DNA from: Podarcis erhardii
Taxonomy: Eukaryota
NCBI GenBank assembly: GCA_964252035.1
Contig: OZ176200.1
Strand: one strand, 5' to 3'
Length of the DNA: 64,000 bases
Made by a program: the position numbers and the translations under genes. The notes below the pieces were generated by a model. The model was given only the letters and a program-made list of their open reading frames with translations, was not told the origin of the DNA and searched no databases. Shown here one piece after another: positions 22,760 through 35,620 of the stretch. The first letter of the stretch is position 1. Each line of letters opens with the position of its first letter.

Positions 22760-25045
22760 TATTTCTCTTCTCTCTAGCTTCCATCTGTGGTTACCTTGAT
22801 GCATATATGTGTACATAAATTGTCAGTGGGCTGTGCATTCTTCCTTCTCCCCCTTCCTTTGGTAAGCAAAAGGAAGAACAGGAACAACAACAAAAGAAAT
22901 GCTCAGTGATGTTCTGTAATTGTATCACGGTTGTATCATAATTACAGACAAGCTGCACAGCTATAGCAAATCAATTCCTCTCCTTCACCAGTCATAACAA
23001 GATACTGCACTGAAAAGGAGGGTGCAGAAGTATCAGTAATAAGAGCTCATGTACAGCTGAACGACTGAGCAGGAAACGACTATCCCCAAGAGCAATTCAA
23101 ACTGCCTGAGGCTGTGCCCCTATGCAAGGAAGAGGAGGAAAGTGCACCAAATGGTCATGTCATGCACTGAAAATTTTCCTACACAGAGGTAATCTGCTCA
23201 ATACAATTGCAGAAACAGGAACACTTGTGGGACACTTCAAACAACATTCTTGATCCAACAAAGATATTATCTCCAAGTCCCCCCCCCCCCAAAAGAGAGA
23301 AAATAGTTGATGTGGGAAACAGCCATGGGGCTCTGCTCTGGAGAAATGGGTAGCAAATAAGGAAAATGGAGCGCTGGGCCAGGGACATCATTTCCTAATC
23401 ATTGCCCAGTCAGGGTGGCTATGGTTATGGGTGGATCAGCTTCAGGCAGTGTGATAGGGGAGAAGAGGCTGTGAAGCAGATATGAGAGCACAGATGATGA
23501 AGGCCTGTCCTTTTTTTGCTAGTTCTGACCTCAGATCAGAACTGAAGCTCCTGATGAGAGTTAGCTGTGGCAGGGGGGCTTATAGCAGAGTCCAGAGTAC
23601 ATACATGTCCAGAGTGCATACATGGATATGTCAAATGAGAATCGTCATAGCAATCCATAGTTAAAAGTAGAGGTCAGCACATGTGTCCTCTTTTGTGCTC
23701 CTTAAAATACGGCAACCCTATGTGACCTAACTTATTCCAGAGAAGAATCAAGGTTTCCATTGCTGCATTTCACTTAATTGCATCACAGCTATGATGCATA
23801 TGTCTGACACATTATAACGGGGGTGGGGGAAGAATGACCTATTAGTGTGTCAGTGCTTAAGTGTCAGTACCACACATGCCTGCCTTTATGACTGTAGCAA
23901 TGCTCATGGTAAGAGGAAAGTGGGAAAATTCCAAGAAAATTCCAAGAACCTTTTATTTGGGCAGGGTTCTTGTGCCTTTAACAACTGCCCAACAGGCAAG
24001 AGATTCAGCAGGTGAAGACATTTACCGTAAACGTCTAATAAGCTTATAGCCTACTTTGCTACCACATGGTCCTAAAAGCGGTTTACAAAACTGTAAAATA
24101 AATCATAAATACACCCAAACTGAACACATAAAATTCAGTTCCCCGTTGGTGTATCTCATACCAGCAATATACTTGATCCATTGAATTCTGCTTGGTACAC
24201 CTCTGTTAAAGCCATAGAATCCTGGCCAAAATTAGGTAGTCACAGTCTCCTCTTCAGGAAGACAAATGGTGAATTTCCTCGCCCTCCTGTCTAGCCTTCA
24301 CGTGTGAAAAGGAACTCATTAATCGAAAGGATTGAGCAAACTCCCATTTTCACAACCACTCAAAGGGAAGTGGGTGTTGAACTCTTAAACAGATTACAGG
24401 TTCTTATTCACATCGCTTGACAGTAGCTGGGAAAAGGAAGGGAAAGAGGTGAGAGTGTTACAGAGGACTGCAGAATAATTGCCATGTTAACACCCAAGCT
24501 TAGGCCTTTGGCCATTTTAGCTTTAATTCTATGGCATTATATAGGGTGATACAGAATAATGGCCTTTCAGAATCAGGCTGTTCATGTTCTCATGCAACCT
24601 CAGGCTTCAAGCCATCATTAGCACAACATTACAAGTAATTTGCGGCTCCTTTCCATGGAGGGTAGATGAGAAGCATCACAGCTTCATGCTATCAAACACC
24701 TCCTTAAAAGTGAACTGTCACTAGAATTTTGCACGTTTCCACACCAGAAGGCGAGACCTCAAAGCGCTGCTGTGAAGGCCAGCTCCCACTGAAATGAATG
24801 AACAAGTCACATGAATCATACCTGCTCATCCGCCAGGTATTGCATGAAGGGGTGGAGGTTACGCCAGGCTCCAAGTGTTTTATGAGCTTGGTGTCACTGA
24901 CTCAGCAATGGTACATTTCACAGACAGAGGATTAGATATTCTGTGTTACCCAGACTTTCCTCTGTGATCTGTATGAGGAAGACAACAGTGGAGTCTTTTC
25001 GGACTTCAGTGAACCTATCTTTGGGTTAAATGCAGTACGTTTCTG

Positions 25046-25379
25046 AGCACAATTCAAAGTGTTGGTGCTGACCTTTAAAGCCCTAAATGGCCTTGGCGTC
25101 TCCACCCCCATCCTTCAGCCCAGACACTGAGGTCCAGCGCTGAGGGCCTTCTGGCGATTCCCTCGCTGTGAAGCCAAGTTACAGGGAACCAGGCAGGGGG
25201 CCTTCTCGTTAGTGGCGCCCTCCCTGTGGAACGCCCTTCCATCAGGTGTCAAGGAAATAAACAACTATCAGACTTTTAGAAGACATGTGAAGGCAGCCCT
25301 GTTTAGGGAAGTTTTTAATGACTGATATTTTAATGTATTTTTAATATTTTGTTGGAAGCTGCCAAGAGTGGCTGGGGTA

Positions 25380-25431
<52 letters not shown>
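25046..25431 (+). mobile_element. L2 LINE 3' end with (ATT)n tail
   Basis: Typical L2 ORF2 C-terminal/3'UTR sequence (TTCAAAGTGTTGGTGCTGACCTTTAAAGCCCTAAA...GCCTTCTC...CTGTGGAACGCCCT) ending in an (ATT)n run at about 25379-25431. Confidence 0.7.
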
Positions 25432-25432
<1 letters not shown>

Positions 25433-25625
25433 CCTGAGCCATAGCTCAATGGTGCAACATCTGCTTTACATCCAGAAGGTACAAGGTGAAATCCCCAGTG
25501 TTACTAGACTGCAAACGTCTCCTGTCTGAAACCCTGGAGAGCTGCTGCCAGCAAGTTTAGACAGTGCTGAGCTAGCTGGACCAATGGTCTGATTCAGTAA
25601 TAAGGCAGCTTTGGATGTTTCTATG
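25432..25625 (+). mobile_element. tRNA-derived SINE; related copies at about 18940-19110(-), 28205-28480(+), 31640-31760(+), 38895-39060(+), 40370-40545(-), 55680-55850(-)
   Basis: A-box ATAGCTCAATGG and degenerate B-box; shared body CTGAAACCCTGGAGAGCTGCTGCCAG...GGACCAATGGTCTGA...AAGGCAGCTT. Confidence 0.7.
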
Positions 25626-25663
25626 GATCATTCCTTTCCTCTCCAGTGCCCCTTTACCCTTTG

Positions 25664-25945
25664 AAAAGTCTCTCCGGAGGATCATAGAAATATAGAGTTG
25701 GAAGGGACCCTAAGGGTCAAGTCCAAGCCAGGATCTGGGGGACCTACCAAACATTGTGGGCTGTATCATATGAGGCCACAGGGGGACACGGGAGGAATTA
25801 ACCAAACTCAGATAGAAGAAATCTATGCTCTACTGATGCAAGATTCCTCTACCCTGTTTTGGGCAATTCCTTCCACCCATTGCAGCCTCATATGACAAAG
25901 CCCACAATGTTTGGTAGGGTCCCCAGACTCTCCGGAGAGACTTTT
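25664..25945. mobile_element. Palindromic MITE whose left arm carries a truncated CR1 3' tail
   Basis: Arms AAAAGTCTCTCCGGAG...GGACCTACCAAACATTGTGGGCT and their reverse complement; CR1-tail insert 25684-25729 bounded by duplicated AGGATC. Confidence 0.65.
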
Positions 25946-28900
25946 AGGGGGCAGGGGTACATGGGGTTGCAGGGGAAAGGAATAGAAGGGGAAGATTCAT
26001 TGTGAGAGCTTGCCTTCTGCTCATACAACCCAAAAGGCTCCCTGGGGACTTAACTGTTGAGATTTTCTGCTAGTGAGCTTTAGCTATTTCCTGTTGAGAG
26101 ATGATGTTGGGAGTTTTCTGTTAGTAATCTTTTGATTTCCTGTTTCATATGGCCCCTTCTTGTTCATTACACTTTGGGGATTGATGTTCTGGAAAAGTAG
26201 TATAGAAATGTAACTGGTAAGAAATAACCCTGCAGAAAATAAAAAAAACAAAGGCTGCATTCTGATGCGTTGACAGAGGAGTGGGTTCAGGTAATGTGGC
26301 TCTCTAGGGTGACTTGTTTCCTCCTGCCTTCCCTACTTAAATATCATGCATGCATCCTCTGAACTGAATGCTGAATGCCTCTTCCTCTATGCTTCTGATG
26401 GCTTGCCTGTCCAATTTGTGAAACCACCATGCATATTTACTTGGTCAAACTTTTATTTAGACCTTAATATAGGGGGAAAGGACCTTAGTGTTGTTGTTTT
26501 ACAGCAGAAAAATTGTTCTAAGAATGGGGAAGCAATTTTATAATTGACACAAAGACCACCAACTCAGTGGGTTTCCCTCAAGCTCAGTGCAGGAGAGAGG
26601 ACTGTACTTCTGCTCCAAACTTGCCGAGCACTCTTCCATTTGCAGACTTGCTACGAAAATTATGAAACTCTGGATGCGTCCAAAAAGACCTTGCCAAATT
26701 GAAAACAGGATCTCACCGGTTTATTGTAAGAGATATTGGCACCTTATGCAGTAATTCATTTTGTTTCTAAGTTGTAAATATCAGCAATAATGAGAGAATA
26801 TACAAAAGATCTCCTGAGTGGGAAGAGAAAAAAGAAGAAAACTGGGGAATGAAAAATATTGTACCACAAGGGGAGGAAGTATGACAATTGTGCAGACTCT
26901 GGGTGTTCAGAGGAGACTGCGAGCAGTGCTGTGGGGCAGCTACTGCCTATGGGACACCTTAAGGATGGGCAACTTGTGGCCCTCCTAGTGTTGTTGGATT
27001 CCAACTCCCAGGAAGCATGGCTAATAGTAAAGGATGATGGGAGTTGTGGTCCAAGGCACCTGGAGAGCATGAGTTTGCAGAAGGCTGGTAAAGATATACA
27101 TGCTCACTTATTGGGCCCTGTCTTCATTTCTGTCCAAATAAATTTTGCAGAGAAATCTCTGAAGGAGACATTCATGCAAACATTCTCACACTTGTACTTT
27201 GCCACCTAAGTAGTGTGTGAACACTGTATCCCAAACAGTATCTTTTCCCATAGTTCTCAACTTTTCCAGGCTCTGGCAAGAGCTGCCATTAACCTCACCT
27301 GCTACATGGGACCCACTTTTCACTATTTAGAGTGGATTGTACCAAGGAACTTGTCCTGTCCGCACAAGGGCTTCCGCTTACGTGATGGAACATCCCCACC
27401 CTCTCTTCTCCCCGTGCCCCTAAATCTGTTTAAGGGTTTTCACCAATCCTCTGGAGCAAATTTGGAGGAGGAGTGTGGAGTGTGTGAGTAAAGGAGAGAG
27501 AAAAGGCATGTCACACAAGTAGAAGTTTTTGCAGGAATAGAAAAACTTTGTTGGATACAGCCCAACATAGGCTTTTTCCTCCTTGTATTTATATGTTTGC
27601 ATGCCCCTCAACAAATCAAATAAAAAACAAGATATAGAACCACAACATCCAAAGCTACAGGAATGCAACAGAAATAAATCTGCACCCCTAACATTCTTTT
27701 TCTCCTTCTCTCTCCCTTCAGACCCCCTTTTTCTGCTTAACTATGGATACCATACGTCCATAATTCTCTGAACATATTGCAGCCTCAAAATGGCTTTGCC
27801 CCCTCCAAAGAGCTCAACAACGCTCAACAGCTTTTCTGTCTGAATTTTCACTGTTTGAAATATGACAACTCTAGTTTAACCCTCTTTTGCCACCTTTTTT
27901 TGCTTTTTGCCAAAAGAAATGGGTGTTGGCACCTCTGGTGTGCTCAAACCTAGACTGCCCCAAAGCATAGCTTGTGGGGTCTCAACCCACCAAACGAAGA
28001 TCAGTAGCATATATGCTGTGTGACTTCTTGACACTCAGCTGAAACTGGTGAAGTGCAACATTAGCTTTGTGAGTGAAATCCACCTGCTTTCCAAGCAAAT
28101 CCCTTCCTGCAGCTTTGCCTATGCCCACAAGAGTTTCAGGATGGGCAATTGATACAGACAGAGGCTACAGGCAGATACAGAAAGAACTCCACAGGGAAGG
28201 GCCCTGAGTGACTCAGCAACAGAGCAGACACATTACATGCAAATGTTCCCAGGCTCAACTCCCAATATCACCAGCTAGGGCTGTCTGAAATCCTGAACTG
28301 CTGCAGCCCAACTATGTAGAGCAAGGTGGAGAACTTCTGGCTTCCCAGATATTGCAGGACCACAGCTCCCTTTGTTCCCTGATCCTGACCACTGGCCATT
28401 GCTGGCTGGGTCACAGGTCCCTCATCCTAGGTGCAGACTGAGCTAGAAGCAGCAGTGGTTTAAGGCAGCTTTTATATGCCTATTTGCATTAGACGTCAGC
28501 TCAGCTTTGCTTCCCTTACTGCAAATTTGTGGAGACGTGTTTGAAGGATCTTTGGTTTAGGCATCCAGCTCGCCTCCACTTTTCAATCTTCCATATTGAT
28601 AAGTGTTTCAGTCCCACACAGCACACAGGGGGCTGCCTGGACCTCTTCTCCCCCACCCCATCCGGCCCCATTGTGCTTGCCTTTGAAACATAACCTTCTT
28701 TGAAGTTGTGTGTGAACAGAAGGCTCAGTTTACCTTAACAGGAATCTGCTCTGTCATCAATACACAAAAGAGGAAGGAAATAGTTTGCAAGTGACATAAC
28801 AAGAGCCGCCCATGGCTATGTACACAAGCTGCAGGTGAAACAACTCTGTCTTTGTCCTCTTTCAAAGACAGATAAGCGTCTGAACCAGCAGTGGAAATAT

Positions 28901-29118
28901 TTAATTGGAAACTCCCAGCAAATATGGCCAAACAGTAAAATCTGTCTTTCTTCTCTTCATGCGCCATTAACAATGGTTACCGTGCCACATTTCCAGCTGA
29001 TCTTTTCAGATCTGAAAGGAGAAAAATACACAGTGGAGATAAAATTTAATCTCCTTTTGGGATAGAAGTCAGCCTTGGGAGGTGCCTTTGATACAATTAT
29101 TAATACATAATATTCTAT

Positions 29119-29122
<4 letters not shown>

Positions 29123-29162
<40 letters not shown>

Positions 29163-29186
29163 TCTCTCACACACACACACACACAC
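29123..29186. repeat. Compound (CT)n(CA)n microsatellite
   Basis: Direct reading. Confidence 0.95.
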
Positions 29187-29500
29187 CCACCCCCCCATAA
29201 AAGATATTCATAGAAACTTGAAAGGCATGCAATAGCCTGTATGTTGGAGAGGTTTCTGATGAATATGGAACTCAAAGGCCAGAACTGAAATAACCAGCTT
29301 TCAGCTTCAGTTCCTTCTACTAGTATTTAAAAACATTAGCAGAATTTGTGCAGTGTTAATCCACAAAGCACAGCTAGGAAACCAGAACAGTTGGAGAAGG
29401 TTGGGCTCTTGCCCTCAGGCCCCTAACCCTCTCAGGGTATAAGCAAAACAAAACAAATTCCTTCCAGTAGCACCTTAAAGACCAACTAAGTCAGTTCTTG

Positions 29501-29538
29501 GTATGAGCTTTCGTGTGCATGCACACTTCTTCAGATAC
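29501..29538 (-). ncRNA. Minimal type-I hammerhead ribozyme motif (mirror copy, same strand as SLC22A18)
   Basis: Exact reverse complement of 29551-29588. Confidence 0.75.
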
Positions 29539-29550
29539 ACACTTCTTCGT

Positions 29551-29588
29551 GTATCTGAAGAAGTGTGCATGCACACGAAAGCTCATAC
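29551..29588 (+). ncRNA. Minimal type-I hammerhead ribozyme motif
   Basis: GTAT-CTGAAGA-A-GTGTGC(AT)GCACAC-GAAA-GC-TC^ATAC: stem I GTAT/ATAC, CUGANGA and GAAA cores, palindromic AGCU stem III, CUC cleavage triplet (cut after 29584). Confidence 0.75.
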
Positions 29589-29870
29589 CAAGAACTGACT
29601 TAGTTGGTCTTTAAGGTGCTACTGGAAGGAATTTGTTTTGTTTTGACTATGGCAGACCAACACGGCTACCTATCTGTAACAGGGTATAAGCAGTCAGCAT
29701 TGCTCTGTAAAAACTCAATGGCCAAGTATGGCAAGCAAGATCATCCATCTGGTTTCAAATCTGTTTGTAAAGAACCCAGTGGCAGTTGTGGCCCATTGGG
29801 ATTGGTAGGCTAGACAGAAGAGAGGCCAATGGTACATAGAATCAGAGCCAGAGCCAATCACAGGCAGAGC

Positions 29871-30044
29871 CACAGGAGCCAGGGCTAAGGGGTCTTCGCC
29901 CTCCCAATGAAATATTTGAGGGGGCACTCCCCAAAAGTTGATGGGCATTGCCATTCAAATGGTGTGTGTGCACTGCATCATGTGATTGATTATGCAGGGT
30001 AGGGCTTACCCGCTCCCCATATTTTATTCAAGTTGGCACCCCTG
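29871..30044. mobile_element. hAT MITE
   Basis: 8-bp TSD GGCAGAGC (29863-29870 and 30045-30052); right end AAGTTGGCACCCCTG; similar to the 11558 element. Confidence 0.7.
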
Positions 30045-31064
30045 GGCAGAGCCAATTACTTCTCATTTTGTCTCCAACCTATGTTATACATTTACAGCAT
30101 TGCCATACCACTTTAAACAGTAAAGCCTTCCCCCAGTGAATCATGGGAAGTGTATTTTGTTAAGGTTGCTGAGAATTGCTTGGAGATCCCTCTTCTACTC
30201 ACAGGGGTTCATTCCCAGAGTTCCCTGAAAAGAAGGATTGACTGAGAACTGTAGCTCTGTGAGGGGAACAGGGAACGCTGAACAACTCTCGGTACCCTTA
30301 ACAAACTACACTTCCCAGGATTCTTTGGGGGAAGCCGTGGCTGTTTAAAGTGGTATGATACTCTTTTAAATGTATAGTGCAGGTGGGGCCTGAAATTAAG
30401 GAAGAGAAAGCTGACAGTCAGGGTTACCTCTCCGACCCCCTACAGAATGTTTGTAAGTAATAAGATAGGCAGGTTAAGCATAGACTGAAAATTGTGGGGC
30501 AGTGCCCCATTTGCCTTTCTAGACCAACCTTTCACTCAAAGAGCAGCTTGACAAGAGATCTCTTTCATGACATACAAGAGCAGATCGCTACAACCAAGGA
30601 CAACCATTAACAAATCTCAAATGTGGCTTTACAAATAGCACTTCTTCTTTTTTTTTAGTGTTAAGAGACTAAAAATAACCTGAAGGGTGTTGACATGCAC
30701 ACACACGTGTGTGTATACAGCAAGGTTTCTTGTCCTAGCCAGATCAAAACCCTGCCCTAGCAAGATCGTGGAAAGAACAAACACAGCTGTTGGCTCTGAT
30801 TTCACTGATGACTTTTAGGATGTTGATATCCTGCCACTAGAAAACAGATCGCCAGTCCATATTCACTGCACATCCACTGTGCTGTGAGCTGACAAATGGC
30901 AGCGTGCTTTTGTCACAAGAACTTAGAGCTGACTCTTTAGAACCACTGGAGGGGTCCTTATATGCAAAGCCCCTGCTCAGTGTAGGAGATCCCGCACTAG
31001 AGTGTTCTCAGTAGATGTCTGCCCAGTCTCTGCTTGAAGACTCCAGTGAGGAAGAGCCCAGGTA

Positions 31065-31322
31065 CCGTATTTTTTGCTCTATAAGACTCACTTTTTCCCT
31101 CCTAAAAAGGAAGGGGAAATGTGTGTGCGTCTTATGGAGCAAATGCAGGAGCACAGCTATCCCAGAAGCCAGAACAGCAAGAAGGATTGCTGCTTTCACT
31201 GCGCAGCGATCCCTCTTGCTGTTCTGGCTTCTGAGATTCAGAATATTTTTTTTCTTGTTTTCCTCCTCCAAAAACTAGGTGCGTCTTGTGGTCTGGTGTG
31301 TCTTATAGAGCGAAAAATACGG
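31065..31322. mobile_element. pogo/Tigger-like (Tc1/mariner) MITE
   Basis: TA|CCGTATTTTTTGCTCTATAAGAC...GTCTTATAGAGCGAAAAATACGG|TA; internal hairpin CAGAAGCCAGAACAGCAAGA...TCTTGCTGTTCTGGCTTCTG. Confidence 0.85.
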
Positions 31323-33911
31323 TAGTTGGTGCTGTTGCTGAATTGCTTATACAGTTAAGAAGAATATTCTCCTGATACTCAACTGACATCTACCCCACCC
31401 CACCCCCACCCCCGTTATCTCAAGCCCATTAGTTCTATTCTTGCTCTCTGAGGCAGCAAAGAACAAGCGTTTGCTCTTTGGGGCCACAAACGCACCATGG
31501 GATAGCTGGTAGCATTAGGGACACTCAGTAAGGTGGGCACTACCATGCCTACACGTCTAAATGAAAATGCAGAAGAGCAAACTTTCCCCAATGGCTGGAA
31601 ATTATGGATGACTGGCTCTGCCCTAAGGGAAGGGACCATAGTCCAGTGCTAGAGCATCTAGGCAGGGCTGGAAGAGAGGCCTGCCTGAAATCTTAGAGAG
31701 CCACTGCTAGCCTGTGATGACCACACTGAGCTAAATGGCTTGATCTAGAACAGCTTCTTATGTTAACACATTTACAGCTGTCCTGTGATGATTTTTTAAC
31801 TGGGTGCCAAATAGCAGATTGCTTTCTCTATCCACTCTTGATACCTTCACTTCCCTCAGAGGTTTGCGGGCGGCAGATGCGGCAGCTCAGGAGAAGGCAT
31901 TCTCTATGGCAGCCCCTAAGCTGCAGAATTCCCTCCACACAGCCTGGGCTTCCATTATGTAGTTTCTGTCATGTGCTGAAGATGCGCTTCTCTGCCCTGG
32001 CCTTACGCACCTGAGATATATATTTTTAAGACCCACTCTATTCTTGTGACTGTAACTGGAAACTATTTTTAATATTGCATTTTCAAATTGCTGCAACTTT
32101 CCTAGGGAAGGGCTGGTAAGAAACTGAAACAGCCACCACAACAGTTTACATGCCTAGTTTAAGCTCGAGCTCACCAGTGCTTTTCCTGGGAACGGATTTC
32201 CATGTCATGGCTCACCCCTGGAATATGTCAAGTCCCAATAACGTGTGACTGAGCAGAACACATTTCTTGCACTCTTCAAGAGTGATCAGCAGTGGCCTCA
32301 AAGTGCCTAGGATTAAGGGGGAAATGGCACCCATGTCAGAAACCTTGAGGTGGGGGGCCGCTTTTCCTTAAGGAAACACTAACCAGCTTCTGAAACCTCC
32401 TTATCCTGTAACACAAGGCACTAGTTTCAGCTTCAATGACCAGCTGAAGGTACAACTGCTCAGGTAACATCCATGAAATGGCTACGCCAACTCTACACAG
32501 CTCCACACACCTGCAAGGGCTATGACCCAGATGGTCTACATGCTTGCAAATAAAAACTTCAGGGTGAAAAGCTCACTGAGCTCCAACACCACCTGTATTA
32601 TACAGCCACACTGGCTTCCAGTGCATTTCTGGGACAAAGTAGTTTCAATCATTGGACCTGGCCTACTTATTGGACCACCTGCATCTGTGCCATCCTGTCC
32701 ACACAACGAGGTCTCAATAGGAGGCCTTCTTCTTGTGTCAACCCCTTGGGTCTGTGAGGTGGGTGGAGGGTCTTCGTCATGGTGCTCCCAAAACTTTTGA
32801 ACTCCCTCCCAGTAGGTTTGTAGCTGGTGTTTACACTTAAGGGTTTTTAGAAAGTATTAAAGACCTATTTGTTTCAATTGGCCTTCTCTTGGGGAATTTG
32901 CTGGATCGAGGCTGGAGTGGATTATGTTACAGAGAATCCGAATGGGTTTTATTCTTTTTTCTATCATATTGATTTTCCACCATTACAATTTCTTTTCGCT
33001 ATTGTAAGCTGCTCTGGATGGGCTTTGCCTGGAAAGAAAAAGCATAGACTTTTTTTTTTTAATGAGTGCATGGAGGTCACGCAGCAGCCACAGTGCTTGA
33101 TGGTTTCGCTCCTTCAGCTTGGAATTAAGTTTGATGTTCAGATGAAAAAGCAGAGAGACTTAATGAGAGTGCACACACTGCACCTTCCTTCCTCTCTGAT
33201 CCATCCAGTAATAGCTTTTCCCCTCCAGATGTTTTGCTGGAAGCCATAGCTCTATGGCAAGAAAACAGACGATTTGCTCATATTTAATTAAGCCTCTGGG
33301 CCAAATCTCAGTTTTCATTTCATTCAGTTGTGGATTCAAAATAAAAGCTTAGCACCATCTGAGGTTTTAGAGGCTCTAGCTTTCCCAAAGGTTCAAATTG
33401 CATCCAGGTGCTGGGATAGGGAGGGTAGGGAATAGCCGTGATTATTTTTGTCCCCTTTCTTTTTACAAAGGCTGGATAGATATCCCTTTCAGCACAGGGG
33501 AGGGGGAGCTCATGGTCTCCAAAGAAGTTGAAACCATGGAGCACTGTGGGTTGTGCTCTTATTCATTAAAATGCAGCTAATGATCACTCCTGCATTGATG
33601 TAATGTCATAGGAGAGCACACAGCTCTGAAAGAATTATATGAAAATTAAAATAATAATAATAATAATAATAATTTTGGTAGGGGGAAATGCAGTCAAAAC
33701 AGCAATGAATGAATGCTATATTGAAAAACTCTTGAATTTCCCTTAGGTACAGAAATATTGCCATGGGAAATGCCTTGGACATATATTTTTTTTAATGGAA
33801 AGGCATTGCATACATGTAACAAATAAATAACAAATCTCTGTACTCAGAGAATTTAGGGTGCATCTACTTATACTGGTACTTGTCCCTGAGAGGGGGCAAT
33901 GACAATAAAGA

Positions 33912-33912
<1 letters not shown>

Positions 33913-33963
<51 letters not shown>
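33913..33963. repeat. (ATT)17 microsatellite, possibly a LINE tail
   Basis: Direct reading; preceded by CAATGACAATAAAG. Confidence 0.9.
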
Positions 33964-33965
<2 letters not shown>

Positions 33966-35288
33966 TTATTGCAGTCTTAAAGCTTATCCACACTTTACCT
34001 TTTCCCCTGCTCTTTCCAGGCAATGAGCCACACTTTAAAGCTGTGCCTGAGCGCCCCCTTTTCCCCACAAAAACCTGCTCTTTAAAGCCAAATTGGAGCA
34101 AACGTCAATATGCGGAAAATCCAAATTGACGTTTGTTCCAATTGAGTGCTAAAGAGTGGGTAAGTGTGGATAAGCCCATATACTGGCTTAAGAAACATCC
34201 CCTTTCTATAGGAATACTAGGGTCGCCAACATTTTGGGGCCAGAATTTTTAGGAAATGCCATTGATGCCAATCACAAAATGGCTGTCATGGGGATGCGGC
34301 ATAACACAACATGATTGCTGTGGGAGCACAATGTATAAAATGGCTGCTGCATTTGAAAGAGCAGAAAAAGATGCAGAGCCACAAAGAGACAGGAACCCAC
34401 CAATGGGAAAAAGGCTCTACATCAGAGCCTCCATCATGCCCATTCACAGTGAGAAGCTCTTTGTACCTCTTCTCTATTCAGAACAGAAGGAAGTGTGGGT
34501 GTCTTGGCATCCAATGAAATGTTTAAGGGGGCTTGCTCAATGTAGGAGAACCCGAGTCAGTGCAAACAGGATATGACCAAGAGCAAATCATCTCAAATAC
34601 ATTGCTGAAATTTGAGAGGATATCTAATGATCAGCCTTTCTTGGATGCCATAGAAAATACTGGTGGGCACTACATGGCGGTCATGGTAGACTCCTGCATC
34701 AGGCAATATCAGACAAAGAATGCACAGCAAACTCATCAAACTACAATTCACAGTTTTCCTTGGGGAAATCAGGGCCAGAGACAGTGTTTGGGGGCATAGA
34801 GCTCTACAGAGGGACTCCTCCTGTGCCAGCATCCTTCCGTGGGCTCATCTAACATAGACTCTTCCGATCCACATTTTAATTCTCCACCATGCTCCAGAGT
34901 GATGCTATATTGGGAACATTGTGAGAAAATAAAATGGAGTCTGCTTAGTTGCTGAGGGCGGGGTGTGTTTGTAAAGGGAGCCACAGCAAGCATTGCTTGA
35001 GGATGCTGTGCAATGCATAAATCCCACACAAGTACATACTGTAGATGTACCCTCAATATCCATGCATCATAAGCAGAAAACCAGACACCAATACTATTTT
35101 CAGCACATAAAGGTGATTGTGCAGGAAGATTCCCAGCATGGAATTATTTCATCAAAGTTTATCGATGAATGAGCAACATCATCTAAAGAGAGGCATATGA
35201 ATTGGATATGGCACACATCTGAGTGACTTGAAGAAAGTAAGTGTGACCTAAGTGTTCTTGATATCACAGATAGTAGGGTTTTGTCTAA

Positions 35289-35620
35289 GGGCCAAACTAG
35301 ACGTGATGTTTAATATATATTTGTATTTCAAAAGAAAAATGCAAATAGAATCAGCTTGTTTTCCTGAGGGCAGGGGATGATAATTCTCAGGATTGTAGAT
35401 GTAGAGGGGGAAATTAATCCATCCCCCACTCCTGCTGAGAAAATTTTTCCTCCTAAGTGGTTGCCAACAGGGAATTTCCCCAAATGCAAACTGCACCTGC
35501 AGGGGAGGGATTTTCCTCTGGATCACAGCAGGGTTAAATCCTCCCTTCCTGCTAATTCTATTTGCAGCTTTAAAAACATGCACATAAAAGGCAAATACAG
35601 TGTCATGTCTAGCTGAGCCC
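35289..35620. mobile_element. PIF/Harbinger MITE
   Basis: TAA|GGGCCAAACTAGACGTGA...TCATGTCTAGCTGAGCCC|TAA: TIRs with TAA TSD. Confidence 0.8.

Larger units (their letters stand above)
29444..29679. mobile_element. Penelope-like element terminal (pLTR) fragment in inverted configuration: perfect 97-bp hairpin
   Basis: Arms 29444-29540 and 29549-29645 are exact reverse complements with an 8-nt loop; flanking duplication CAGGGTATAAGCA at 29433-29445 and 29680-29692; contains hammerhead cores typical of PLE pLTRs. Confidence 0.85.
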
